The position numbers and the translations under genes were made by a program. From assembly GCA_965248435.1 (NCBI GenBank), contig OZ252100.1, positions 2,496,001 to 2,560,000 on the forward strand: a DNA stretch of 64,000 nucleotides, given 5' to 3'. The notes under the pieces are model-generated. The model was given only the letters and a program-made list of their open reading frames with translations, made no database searches and had not been told where the DNA came from. The DNA comes from Candidatus Latescibacterota bacterium (GTDB lineage Bacteria; Latescibacterota; UBA2968; GCA-2709665). This document shows, one piece after another, positions 1 to 9,522 of the stretch. The first letter of the stretch is position 1. Every line of letters begins with the position of its first letter.

Positions 1-1088
1 AGTTCTGGGAGCGATCCGTGAGCAACGCCGTGGCCGCGGTCATGGCCGCCTCCAAGCTCAAGACAGAGGTCCCCGGCGGTATATTCACGACGGCCCTGCT
101 GCAGGACATCGGCACCTACGTCCTGGTTCGATACCTCCCCCTCGCCTATGGGGATTCAGCAGGCGTGAGCCGGGAGAGGAGTGTCCACCGGGTGCACGCC
201 GAACGAGATGTGATGGGGACCGACCACGCCGAGGTCGGTGCCCTGTTGTCAGAGAAGTGGAACCTGCCCCAGGCCATGCGAGTCGCCATCCGTCACCACC
301 ACTTTACTGAATTCAGCCCCAAACTCGATCCGGAAATTCCCCAGAACGGCGAGGCGACGATGGTGAAGATCATCAACGTCTCCAACTTGATAACCGACGT
401 GCTGTATGAAGAAGATGGGGAAGACCGACGGCCCGACCTGGATCAGCGCGTCAACGAGATCCTGGGCCTCCGACCCAATGATGTGGATGAGATCCTGGGC
501 AAGCTTCCCGAGGAGATCGAAGGCATCAAGTCCCTCTTCCAGCTCCACACGATGCAGGAATCCGACGTCGAGGAGACCTATCACGAATCCTGCCCGAAGT
601 GCGGCTCCGGAAAGAGCGTCAAGTACTGCGCGGACTGCGGGGGCTCGCTGATCCGGACGGGACCGGAAGAGGCACGAGAGGCCAGGAGAAAGATCGTCGT
701 CGCCGAGGACTCGGAGGCGATCAGGACCGCCATCGTCTCATTGCTCAAAAAGCGGGGCTACAAGGTCTTAATCGCGATCAACGGAGCGGAAGCCGTAGAA
801 ATAACGAAGGATGAACAGCCCGACATGGTCCTCATGGACATCCGCATGCCGATCATGGATGGAATCGAGGCGTTGAAAATCCTCCGACGTGATGTCCGCC
901 TGCAGTCCACACCCATCGTGATGCTGACCTCGATCACGGACCTCAACACCGTCACCGAGGCGATCGAAGCCGGGGCGAACGACTACATCGCAAAGCCCTT
1001 CAAGGTCAGCAAGCTCCTCGAAAGCATCGAAAAATACGTGCACGCGAGTGCCGGCCCGGATCCTGCCTCCGAATACAACGTCAATTAG
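1..1088 (+). CDS. HDOD domain + CxxC..CxxC zinc ribbon + C-terminal response-regulator receiver (5' end lies outside window)
   Basis: Frame is open to the window edge (FWERSV at 3-20); LLQDIG, DHAEVG..L..W.LP, IRHHH HDOD motifs; CPKC/CADC; AEDS..LMD..MP..LT..KP receiver. Confidence 0.85.
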   Translation, partial: FWERSVSNAVAAVMAASKLKTEVPGGIFTTALLQDIGTYVLVRYLPLAYGDSAGVSRERSVHRVHAERDVMGTDHAEVGALLSEKWNLPQAMRVAIRHHHFTEFSPKLDPEIPQNGEATMVKIINVSNLITDVLYEEDGEDRRPDLDQRVNEILGLRPNDVDEILGKLPEEIEGIKSLFQLHTMQESDVEETYHESCPKCGSGKSVKYCADCGGSLIRTGPEEAREARRKIVVAEDSEAIRTAIVSLLKKRGYKVLIAINGAEAVEITKDEQPDMVLMDIRMPIMDGIEALKILRRDVRLQSTPIVMLTSITDLNTVTEAIEAGANDYIAKPFKVSKLLESIEKYVHASAGPDPASEYNVN

Positions 1089-1104
1089 CCTTCCCGACCC
1101 CGCC

Positions 1105-1794
1105 TCAGATCAGATCAGGCCGAGCTACAAGGAGCTCGGCCTCTTTTGTGATTCGGATGGCGAATGGGGCCCGGTCGATATCCAGCGCGATTTCACGATC
1201 TTCAGGATGGAAGTGCGGCTGCTTCGGATCGCCGAATTTCTTTGACTCGTGCGCGTCGAGAATCAAACTTTTCACGGCCTCTGGATCCGGCTGCAGTCCC
1301 CTCAGCAGGTTACGCAGGTAGAGCGCACACTGTTCGTCCTCATCTGTACGCTCCGCAGCAGCCCAGCCCATCGCCACCAGCGTCACGACGTCTGGGGCGT
1401 CACGCAGAATCGCCTTCGCCGTTCCGCCCGCCACCAAAAGGGACCCTGCGTAAATCTGCGTGGCCCGTGTCGCGGCCGCCACGCCCACCGTGCCGGCCCG
1501 CGTCGACTGAATCAGCGTCTTCCCGGCCACATCCACCCCGGAGAGCTCGTGGGGAGAGTTGCCGAAGTCAAACCCTTCGGGGCGTTTCCCATCCACTTCG
1601 CCCACGCACAGACTTCCCACACCGCTCGCCTTGAGTGACAGTGCCTCGTCCACCTCGGCCACGAGAACGATCTTCTCCGCGCCCCGGAGAAACGCCACGG
1701 CCGCCGTCGTAAACGCCCGGTAGACATCGATGATGACCACGGTCCCTTCGGAGTTCTGTGCCCCCGCCAGAAGGCTCTCCAGTCGAATCTCCAC
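1105..1794 (-). CDS. 2-phosphosulfolactate phosphatase family (ComB-like)
   Basis: VVIIDVYRAFTT, GE..G....GFDFGNSP, STRAGT, EDEQCA motifs; GTG start at 1794 after AAGGAG. Confidence 0.85.
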   Translation of the reverse strand: MEIRLESLLAGAQNSEGTVVIIDVYRAFTTAAVAFLRGAEKIVLVAEVDEALSLKASGVGSLCVGEVDGKRPEGFDFGNSPHELSGVDVAGKTLIQSTRAGTVGVAAATRATQIYAGSLLVAGGTAKAILRDAPDVVTLVAMGWAAAERTDEDEQCALYLRNLLRGLQPDPEAVKSLILDAHESKKFGDPKQPHFHPEDREIALDIDRAPFAIRITKEAELLVARPDLI

Positions 1795-1820
1795 CCGATT
1801 CTCCTTTGATAGCACAAGCG

Positions 1821-1849
1821 ATTGAGACGCCCCAACGGGGCGTCTCAAC
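1821..1849. repeat. GAGACGCCCC..GGGGCGTCTC REP-like hairpin
   Basis: ttgagacgcccc-aac-ggggcgtctcaa; same core at 42068-42114 and 42949-42993. Confidence 0.75.
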
Positions 1850-1856
1850 AGCGACG

Positions 1857-1910
1857 GATGACGGTTTTACGGTACCCGGTACCCGTGTTTTGACTTCCCG
1901 GTGCCCGACT
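1857..1910 (+). repeat. GGTACC-core intergenic repeat, partial copy overlapping ndh 3' end
   Basis: gacggttttacggtacccggtacccgtgttttgacttcccgg matches copies at 4330 and 19508. Confidence 0.8.
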
Positions 1911-3192
1911 TACCCCTATCTCCAATCACCGGCAGAGGATCCAGCCCCGTTATCAGCCTGGCGCCCCGTTTCCTCGTGAAAAAATTCCACGCCCACTGGA
2001 AGAGCACGAGAACCTTGTTGTCGAACTCGATCAGGTAGGCGATGTGGATAAAGATCCACATCAACCAGGCCGGGAAGCCGCTGAATCGCAGGAAGCCGAA
2101 GTCGGCAACCGCCGCCTTTCGGCCGATCACCGCCAGGTTCCCCTTGTCGCGATATCGAAAGGGCCGTGACCGCTTCCCTGAGATCCGGGCACCGATCTGC
2201 GAAGCGACGTACCGGCCCTGCTGCATCGCCACCGGTGCGATGCCCGGCAGGGGACGCTCTCCTTGATGTCCAAAACACGCAAGATCTCCGATCACGAAAA
2301 GCTCGGGATGTCCGGGAACCGTCAGATCGGGCGCTACGATAACCCGTCCGGCTCGGTCCAGCGCGACGCCCGTCTCACGGGCAATCATCGCCCCGAGCGG
2401 TGAGGCCTTCATCCCAGCCGCCCACAGGACCGTGCGACACTGGATCTCTCGCTCGATTTCGCCCTGCATCACCGTAACAGAACCATCCTCGATCCGCGTC
2501 ACCAGCGTCCCGGTGCGCACCTCTACACCCAGTCGCTTCAAAGCGCGTTCAGCTCGGGCCGAAAGCAGCTGGATACGGCGGGAGCACGCGGTCCGTCCCC
2601 TCCAGCAGAAAAACTGCCGCCTCCCGCGTATCGATATGTGAAAAATCCCGCTTCAGTGTGTTGTGGGCCAGTTCGGCCACGGCACCAGCGAGCTCGACGC
2701 CCGTCGGACCCCCGCCCACGATCACGAAGTTCATCCACGCACGACGCGTCTCCGAGTCCGTTTCTCGCTCGGCCGCCTCGAAGGCCGTGAAGATGCGCCG
2801 CCGGATCTCGAGCGCATCTTCGATCGACTTCAGTCCGGGTGCGGTCTCGCTCCATTCCGGATGGCCGAAATAGTGATGACTGGAACCCGTCGCGATGACC
2901 AGGAGGTCATACAGCAGCTCACCGTCCCGGAGCACGACGCGACGGTCCGACACACTGAGGTCCACGACTTCCGCCTGAACGACACTGACATTCGGTGACC
3001 GGGCCAGGACGGCCCGCAGCGGAGAGGCGATGTCCCCGGGAGAGAGGCCGCCGGTGGCCACCTGGTAAAGCAGCGGCTGGAAGAGGTGAAAATTTCTTCG
3101 GTCCACCAGGGTCACGCGGACCCGGAATCGACCAAGTCGCTGGGCCGGTAAAGTCCGGCAAAACCGCCGCCTACGATGACCACGTGAGGCAC
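1867..3192 (-). pseudogene. ndh: Type II NADH dehydrogenase split by two frameshifts (or assembly errors)
   Basis: VVIVGGGFAGLY (3192-3148), TLVDRRNFHLFQPLLYQVATG and VGGGPTGVELAG (2549-3115), WAAG, FVIGD, APVAMQQG, YRDKG (1867-2541); breaks at ~3147 and ~2567. Confidence 0.85.
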
Positions 3193-3233
3193 GTCCTTTT
3201 CCAAAGCCACTGGATTACCTCATTACCCGGATC

Positions 3234-3262
3234 TTGACAAAATCCATTCGGAAAGATATACT
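3234..3262 (+). promoter_or_regulatory. sigma70-type promoter
   Basis: TTGACA-17 nt-TATACT upstream of HDOD gene. Confidence 0.7.
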
Positions 3263-3352
3263 GTCTTCACGCCTCCGAGTCTGGATAGGCGATTCCCGGG
3301 CTCTGCGCGAAAACCGAAAAGGGTGTGGCCGGGACTGAACCTGGAGACAAAC

Positions 3353-4216
3353 GTGGACAGAGAAGACATCCGACTGGCCGTCCGAAACATCAGGAACCTT
3401 CCAACACTTCCCACCGTTGTAACCCGAATCCTCGAGGCCGCTCAGGACAAGAGTGCCAACGCAAAACAGGTGGCCGAGATCGTATCCAACGATCAGTCCA
3501 TCTCTGCCAAGGTACTCCAGCTTGCAAACTCCGCCTTTTACGGTTTTTCCAGACAGATCACCACAATTACCCAGACGGTCGTCATCCTCGGGTTCGACAC
3601 CGTCAGAAGCCTGGCCCTCAGCGTCTCCACCTTCAACACCCTGTCACAAAACCTCGAAGAGAGCAACTTCGACCGCGGTGGGTTCTGGCTGCACTCCATC
3701 GGCTGCGGCGTGGCAACCAGGCCCATAGCCAAGAAGCTTGGTATACGCGACGCCGGAACACTCTTCGTCGCGGGCATTCTTCACGACCTGGGAAAAGTGA
3801 TTCTGGACAACTACTTTCGGGAGCCTTACGAGCTGGCGGTCCAAAAAATGAAGTCCGAAAGGCGTGCCGCGCACGAAGTCGAAATGGAGATTATGAACAT
3901 CGATCACGCCGAAGTCGGCGGCTGGCTCGCTTCCCGCTGGCACTTTCCGCCATCCCTCATCGTTCCCGTCCAGTACCACCACGATCCCCTGGCCGCGGAC
4001 GAGGAATATCGCAGAGACGCCATGATCGTTCACCTCGCGAACATAATGGCCAAGCAGCTCCAGATCGGCGTCTGCTACGAGGCGGAAGTCCCGGATCCAG
4101 ATGAAGCCATCCTCAACGAGTTGAACCTCACCCCCGATGACATCCAGCTCCTCCTGGAAGAACTCGAGGGCGCCAAAGAAGAGATCGACGAATTCTTCAA
4201 GTATCTGCACGGATAG
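3353..4216 (+). CDS. HDOD domain signal-transduction protein
   Basis: LPTLP, ANSAFYG, FWLHS, GILHDLGK, DHAEVG, YHH; GTG at 3353 after GGAG. Confidence 0.9.
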   Translation: MDREDIRLAVRNIRNLPTLPTVVTRILEAAQDKSANAKQVAEIVSNDQSISAKVLQLANSAFYGFSRQITTITQTVVILGFDTVRSLALSVSTFNTLSQNLEESNFDRGGFWLHSIGCGVATRPIAKKLGIRDAGTLFVAGILHDLGKVILDNYFREPYELAVQKMKSERRAAHEVEMEIMNIDHAEVGGWLASRWHFPPSLIVPVQYHHDPLAADEEYRRDAMIVHLANIMAKQLQIGVCYEAEVPDPDEAILNELNLTPDDIQLLLEELEGAKEEIDEFFKYLHG

Positions 4217-4244
4217 TTCTCAGGCATCAGAACCACCCGTCTCG

Positions 4245-4278
4245 AGTCCCCTCTTTTGGAAGGGGATTTTTTTTTTTG
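4245..4278 (+). terminator. Rho-independent terminator
   Basis: tcccct-cttttgga-agggga followed by a long T run. Confidence 0.65.
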
Positions 4279-4329
4279 ATCCTCTCTGCACCCTCCGCGC
4301 CTCTGCGGTAAAGTTTGTTTTTCGAACGG

Positions 4330-4437
4330 TGAACGACGGTTTTACGGTACCCGTGTCTTGCTTTCCCGGGGCGACGCCTGCGTCGCCCCAAAACCGTCAG
4401 GTCTCTGTAGCCCATCTACTGTATCCCGGTACCCGAG
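4330..4437 (+). repeat. GGTACC-core element, long (~110 bp) copy
   Basis: Colinear with 19508-19621; internal acggtttt/aaaaccgt and ggggcgac/gtcgcccc inverted pairs. Confidence 0.8.
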
Positions 4438-4462
4438 TCTTTACGATCCACGATCCACGGTT

Positions 4463-4810
4463 TTAAAGCATCTTCTTTAAAGCCATCCACGTCCGTTCCA
4501 GCGTCTCGTCTATGTCTGCCTCCGTATGCGCAAGCGAGATGCTCCCCTGCTTCGTCGCCACCGGAACTGTTTCCAGAACCTTCTGCACCGCGCCGGTCAC
4601 GTCCGGATCTGCGTGTCCAAGAATGTAGGGTGCGAACGCAGCGTGATAGTCGATGTACTCGTTCCCGTCCGCGTCCCACACCCGGCATCCCTTCCCCCGA
4701 ACGAAAGCGATTTCAGGTTCCACCGCCCGATTCACGGAGACGAATCCCCCTGGAATCACCTTCCGGTTCCGCTCGTGAATCTTTGCTGACTCTCGATGGC
4801 TCAGACCCAC
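4463..4810 (-). pseudogene. Class III aminotransferase (glutamate-1-semialdehyde aminomutase-like) with large in-frame internal deletion
   Basis: N-terminal IPGG..S..R, GKGCRVWDADGNEYIDY, ILGHA joined directly to C-terminal ISLAHTEADIDETL; only 115 aa. Confidence 0.8.
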
Positions 4811-4879
4811 AGTCCTCTACTCCTTCCTGTGCGGCTCGATCTTTTTCGTGGAATTTCGTGTGCTTTCGTGATCCAGCCT

Positions 4880-4910
4880 TTCCGCAATCCCAAATCCGCA
4901 ATCCGCAATT
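4880..4910 (+). repeat. AATCCGC heptamer tandem array
   Basis: ttccgc aatccca aatccgc aatccgc aat. Confidence 0.75.
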
Positions 4911-4975
4911 AAAAAGGGATCCTGCCTTTCCTCCGGATCCCCTTCTCGTTCTATCTCTCACACTGAACGTTCCGG

Positions 4976-5977
4976 CTATCGCGCTTCCTGGAAGAACGCC
5001 TCTGCCTCCTCCACATCTTCGGCGCTTCCGATCACCAGCGGCACGCGTTCGTGTAGTGCCTTTGGCTGTTTATCAAGAATGCGCTCCCAACCCGTCGAGG
5101 CCAGCCCACCTGCCTGGTGGACGACGAAGGCCAGGGGTGCGGCCTCGTACATCAATCGAAGCTTCCCCTTTCCTGACTTTCGTTCCGGCGGATAGAGAAA
5201 GATCCCGCCCTTGAGCAGGTTCCGGTGAAAATCGGAGACCAGGGATCCGATGTAGCGTGCCGAGTAGGGCCTGCCGGTCGCCTTGTCTTCCTCCTTGAGA
5301 TGGTCCACATATCTCTGAACGCCTGGATCCCAGCGATGATAGTAGCTCTCGTTGACGCTGTAGACCTTCCCACGCTTTGGGATCTTGATATCTTCGTGCG
5401 ATAGCAGGAACTCGCCCACGGTGGGATCGAGCGTAAACCCGTGCACCCCAAGTCCCGTCGTGTAGACGAGCATCGTGCTCGAGCCGTAGATGATGTAACC
5501 CGCGCACAGCTGCTCTGATCCCTTCTGCAGGAAATCGTCGAGGTCGGCCCGCTGACCCTCCTTCTTCGCGCGGCGAATCGAGAAGATCGTACCGATGCTC
5601 ACGTTGACATCGATGTTCGACGACCCGTCCACCGGGTCGATCAACAGGACATATTTCCCCAGAAGCTTCTCATCCGGAATCTGATAGATCTCCTCCATCT
5701 CCTCCGAGGCCAGCCCTGCCAGGTGTCCGGTGTGATCCACCGACTTGATGATCGTGCTGTTCGCGTATTCGTCCAGCTTCTGCACTTCCTCCCCGTGTAC
5801 GTTCATCCGCCCAGTAAGCCCGAGCACCTGAGCCAGACCGGCCTGATTCACCTCCCTGGAAATGATCTTTCCCGCCGTCGTCAGCTCCGAAAGCAGCTCC
5901 GTGAACTCACCCGTCGCTTCGGGAAGTTTACGTTGTTCTTCAATAATGAATCGCGTCAGTGTTGTACCTTTTTCCAT
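4976..5977 (-). CDS. fbp: Fructose-1,6-bisphosphatase class I
   Basis: GEEVQKLD, ASEE, DPVDGSSNIDVN.SIGTIF, RYIGSLV.DFHR.L, GKLRLMYEA. Confidence 0.97.
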   Translation of the reverse strand: MEKGTTLTRFIIEEQRKLPEATGEFTELLSELTTAGKIISREVNQAGLAQVLGLTGRMNVHGEEVQKLDEYANSTIIKSVDHTGHLAGLASEEMEEIYQIPDEKLLGKYVLLIDPVDGSSNIDVNVSIGTIFSIRRAKKEGQRADLDDFLQKGSEQLCAGYIIYGSSTMLVYTTGLGVHGFTLDPTVGEFLLSHEDIKIPKRGKVYSVNESYYHRWDPGVQRYVDHLKEEDKATGRPYSARYIGSLVSDFHRNLLKGGIFLYPPERKSGKGKLRLMYEAAPLAFVVHQAGGLASTGWERILDKQPKALHERVPLVIGSAEDVEEAEAFFQEAR

Positions 5978-6039
5978 GGTTTTTCCTGTCTTGTCGCGCC
6001 TACAACTTCAGATCTTCTTTACTGCCGCTTTTGCCCTTC

Positions 6040-6071
6040 AATCCGCAATCGCCAATCCGCAATCCGCAATT
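6040..6071 (+). repeat. AATCCGC heptamer tandem array
   Basis: aatccgc aatcgcc aatccgc aatccgc aat. Confidence 0.8.
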
Positions 6072-6094
6072 GACTCACTCGACTTTCCCGACCC

Positions 6095-6129
6095 ACGATA
6101 CCCGTGTTTTGTCTTCCCGGTACCCGGTT
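6095..6129 (+). repeat. GGTACC-core repeat, short copy
   Basis: tacccgtgttttgtcttcccggtacccgg. Confidence 0.7.
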
Positions 6130-6131
6130 AA

Positions 6132-6716
6132 TTACTTCTCTTCTACCAAACCCCCTGCTTCTAAGATGCGCCAGAAATCAACATCCGCCTGGTGCACGAT
6201 CGTGTTCTCCAGGCTCCGCACAACGAACTCCCCCTCCGCCGAGTGCCCGCCTGCGATATGCGCGACTTCCTCGGGAAGCCCAACGGTCAGGCAGATGTGA
6301 ACGCCATACCCGGGGTGTCGGATCGAGGGCCACCCTTTGGCACGAGGATCTTCCTTCCAGCGCACCTGGCGCTCGGGATCGAACTCCCAGGGTTTGCCCA
6401 CGTCGTGACACAGCCCGCCGGCGATCAGGGTGTCCCTGTCGACCTTCAGGTCCGGAAACATCTCCATCAATTCGTCAGCGATGCGCACGGCCAGCCGGGT
6501 CACGCCGCGGATATGGTCTGTCTGTGTACCTGACTTGAGCGGTGGGGTATCCGGGTTTCCCGAGGGTCGGATCTCGGATATCGATCCGAAACTGCTCCCG
6601 GCGAGCGAAGTGGCCCAGGCCTCGACGACCTTGTCCCGTAGCTCGGGATCCGAAATGTCCTCCACCTCTGGCAGGTCCTCACGAACCCTGGATCGCAGTT
6701 CATCTGTCACGGTCAT
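6132..6716 (-). CDS. HD-domain metal-dependent phosphohydrolase
   Basis: DH, CHDVGK, IRH, AHI.GGH, HQAD motifs. Confidence 0.85.
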   Translation of the reverse strand: MTVTDELRSRVREDLPEVEDISDPELRDKVVEAWATSLAGSSFGSISEIRPSGNPDTPPLKSGTQTDHIRGVTRLAVRIADELMEMFPDLKVDRDTLIAGGLCHDVGKPWEFDPERQVRWKEDPRAKGWPSIRHPGYGVHICLTVGLPEEVAHIAGGHSAEGEFVVRSLENTIVHQADVDFWRILEAGGLVEEK

Positions 6717-6825
6717 AGCCTACCCAGCCCCATATGAAACTTGGAGTGCTTCTGGCGCAATAATCTATTTCCCTCTAAACACGATGTCAAGCCAAGTCCC
6801 ACCGGATTCCTTTTTTTGACACCCC

Positions 6826-7806
6826 TCAATCCCTCACCGTGAGCACGACCTTCCCGATGTTCCGATTCTCTGCGAGCATTTGGTGGGCCGCTTCTGCCTC
6901 AGTGATGGGCAGTACAGTGTCGATGATCGGGATGATCTTGCCGTCGACCAGATCACCCCAGAACCGCTCGGCGAATCTCCTGGCGATCGTCGTCTTCTCA
7001 TCGAGCGACCGGCTGCGCAGTACAGATCCGATAATCCGCAGCCGCTTTCTCATCACCGTCCCCAGGTCGATTTCCGCCCGCGCTCCGGTCAGCAGGGAAA
7101 TCACCACCAGGCGACCTCCGGTCTTCAAGACCTCTATGTTGGAGGCCAGGTAGCCGCCCCCAGCGATGTCCAGGACGACATCTACGCCAACGTCGCAATG
7201 ATCCAGAATCGTCCTGACAAAATCCTTCTCCTTGTAGTTCACGCCGAATTCCGCGCCTAATGCCCTGCAGCGTTCCAGCTTGGCCTCGCTCCCGGCCGTA
7301 ACGAAGATTCGACACCCTGCCTCTCTCGCCAGCTGAATCGCCGCAGTGCCGACCCCGCTCGCCCCGCCGTGGATCAGCACCGTCTCTCCTTCATCCAAAC
7401 CTGCTTCCATGAACAGATTCACAAAAGCTGTGTAGAACACTTCCGGCACCGCGGCAGCATCGGTGATGCTCCACCCGTCTGGAATGCGCATCAGGATCGA
7501 AGCAGGGACGGCGACCTTTTCCGCATAACCTCCTCCTGGAAGCAATGCACAGACGCGGTCGCCGGTCTTCCAGCCAAGAATACCAGGATCCTTGTCAGTA
7601 ATCACCCCCGCCATCTCCAACCCCATGTATGGAGAGCCGCCCGGCGGCGGCGGATACAGCCCGGCCCGCTGGAGAAGGTCCGCACGGTTTACGGCGGTCG
7701 CGTGAACCTCCGCGAGAACCTCGTCCTCTTTGGGGACGGGATCCGGGACCTCCTGCCAGTTCAGAGCGCGCCCCTCGCTTTCGGTGTCGATCACGATCGC
7801 CTTCAA
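6826..7806 (-). CDS. NAD(P)H-quinone oxidoreductase, PIG3/zeta-crystallin family
   Basis: VNRADLLQRAGLYPPP, GLEMAG, GGGYAE, LIHGGASGVGTAAIQ, GKVVL. Confidence 0.92.
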   Translation of the reverse strand: MKAIVIDTESEGRALNWQEVPDPVPKEDEVLAEVHATAVNRADLLQRAGLYPPPPGGSPYMGLEMAGVITDKDPGILGWKTGDRVCALLPGGGYAEKVAVPASILMRIPDGWSITDAAAVPEVFYTAFVNLFMEAGLDEGETVLIHGGASGVGTAAIQLAREAGCRIFVTAGSEAKLERCRALGAEFGVNYKEKDFVRTILDHCDVGVDVVLDIAGGGYLASNIEVLKTGGRLVVISLLTGARAEIDLGTVMRKRLRIIGSVLRSRSLDEKTTIARRFAERFWGDLVDGKIIPIIDTVLPITEAEAAHQMLAENRNIGKVVLTVRD

Positions 7807-8549
7807 GCTGTCGGGACCCCTCTGATTTTATCGTTGGACGGTGTGCAGAGCGTTTCGGAGGCCCAACCCAGCTCGACGAACAGGGCTTCGACCTCCTCCG
7901 GAACGGGACACTCTATATTGACAGGCTTTGAACTGTAGGGGTGCTCGAAGGCCAGGTCTGATGCGTGAAGCAAGAGCCGCCTGATACAGAACGTATCCCT
8001 GAAGAATCGATTCTGCTTCCCGTCGCCGTGCGTCGTATCCCCGATCACCGGGTGGGAAACGTGTGAGAAATGCCTGCGGATCTGATGGAACCGTCCCGTC
8101 AGCGGCATCGCCCTCACGAGCGAGAATCGCGCACTCGGATGAGGGCCCACAGGAAGCGGCAGCTCCACGGTCGCCTCTCTTTCATATTCCGTAATCGCAT
8201 CAGCGGGGTCCTTTTCCGGCGTTTCCCGAAGCGCGTGATGAATCCGGCCTCGCTCCGGGGTGTGACCCCGGACCACGGCAAGGTAGCCCTTCTGCACCAG
8301 ACGTCTCTCGAACAGCAGACACATCTTGTTGGCAGCTTCTGGATCGAGCGCGAAGGTCAGGATGCCCGACGTCGCCCGATCCAGGCGGTGAACCGGGTAG
8401 ACGCGCCTGCCGATCTGGTTGCGCAGCATCATCATGCACGTGGGTTGTCTGCGCGCAAGCCTTGTGGGGTGAACGAACAGACCGCTCGGCTTGTGGACCG
8501 CAATGTAATGATCGTCTCGGTAAATGATATCCAGCAGCGTTTGGCTCAT
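7803..8549 (-). CDS. truC: tRNA pseudouridine synthase, TruC/RluA family
   Basis: KPSGLFVH, VHRLDRATSG, PLTGRFHQIRRH, HPVIGD..HG, LLLHA. Confidence 0.8.
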   Translation of the reverse strand: MSQTLLDIIYRDDHYIAVHKPSGLFVHPTRLARRQPTCMMMLRNQIGRRVYPVHRLDRATSGILTFALDPEAANKMCLLFERRLVQKGYLAVVRGHTPERGRIHHALRETPEKDPADAITEYEREATVELPLPVGPHPSARFSLVRAMPLTGRFHQIRRHFSHVSHPVIGDTTHGDGKQNRFFRDTFCIRRLLLHASDLAFEHPYSSKPVNIECPVPEEVEALFVELGWASETLCTPSNDKIRGVPTA

Positions 8550-8652
8550 AGCGTAGTTTATCGTGATTGGTTGTTACTCACCCAAATCAATCAACCGGTC
8601 CGGTATTGTCATATGACGAACGACGATTCGCGAACCACGATGCTCGATTTTG

Positions 8653-8772
8653 CGGTACCCTGTTTTGCCTTCCCGGTACCCCGTGTCCTGCCTTCCCGGT
8701 ACCAGTGTCCTGCCTTCCCGGTACCCGTGTCCTGCCTTCCCGGTACCCCGTGTCCTGCCTTCCCGGTACCCG
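8653..8772 (+). repeat. Tandem array of five 21-23 bp units (CGGTACC-CGTGTCCTGCCTTCC) plus a sixth core
   Basis: Directly visible head-to-tail units with no unique spacers. Confidence 0.92.
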
Positions 8773-8774
8773 TT

Positions 8775-9482
8775 CTATTTGATGGCGACCAATTCCACCT
8801 CAAATACCAGCGTCGAGTTCGGCCCGATCGTCCCCCCTGGGCCTCGCGGCCCGTAGGCCAGGTCCGAAGGGATGTAGAGCTCCCACTTCCCCCCTACCTT
8901 CATCAACTGGAGGGCCTCGGTCCACCCGGCGATCACCTGGTTCACTCCAATATCCAGCGGCTTTCCACGCTTGTAGGAACTGTCGAACTCTGTGCCGTTG
9001 ATCAAACGCCCCCGGTAGTGCGCGCTCACGGTCTGGGTCGCCGTGGGGGACCCACCTGTACCGCGCTTGAGTACTTTGTACTGCAGGCCGCTCGGCAGAG
9101 TGACGACACCCTCTTTTGTCATATTCTCCTTTAGAAACGCTTCCCCCTCCTTGCGATTTCTCTCCGCGACTCCTGAAGCCGCTTCACCGCCCGCCGGTTT
9201 ATCCACGGCCTGGGACTCGGCCATCCGCTTCTGGAGCGCCATCAGGGCGTCGCTCATCTCAGATTCCGACATCAGGCGTTCCTCACCCTCGAAAACGTCC
9301 CTGAAACCGGTCGCGAAGGCCTTTGCATCCAGGTCCACATCCTGGCCTTTCAGCGTCTTTCCGATCGAAACGCCCATGCTGTAGCTCGCCTTCTCCTTGT
9401 CGGTCTTCAGTTCCATCTTGCCCTGCTCCGTCTGGCATCCCAAGAAACAAACCAGAAGCACCAAACCGGTCACGCGACTCAT
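8775..9482 (-). CDS. FKBP-type peptidyl-prolyl isomerase (FklB/Mip-like), probable lipoprotein
   Basis: FLGC lipobox-like, KASYSMG, SGLQY, HYRG.LINGTEFDSS, VIAGWTE, LAYG, LVFEVEL. Confidence 0.93.
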   Translation of the reverse strand: MSRVTGLVLLVCFLGCQTEQGKMELKTDKEKASYSMGVSIGKTLKGQDVDLDAKAFATGFRDVFEGEERLMSESEMSDALMALQKRMAESQAVDKPAGGEAASGVAERNRKEGEAFLKENMTKEGVVTLPSGLQYKVLKRGTGGSPTATQTVSAHYRGRLINGTEFDSSYKRGKPLDIGVNQVIAGWTEALQLMKVGGKWELYIPSDLAYGPRGPGGTIGPNSTLVFEVELVAIK

Positions 9483-9522
9483 GCCGACTCCTTATCGTGA
9501 GAAATGACCACCCCGAGCTCGT

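Noticed and set aside
8653-8772. Possible CRISPR array
   Set aside because: Units are contiguous with no unique spacers, and no cas gene is in the window.
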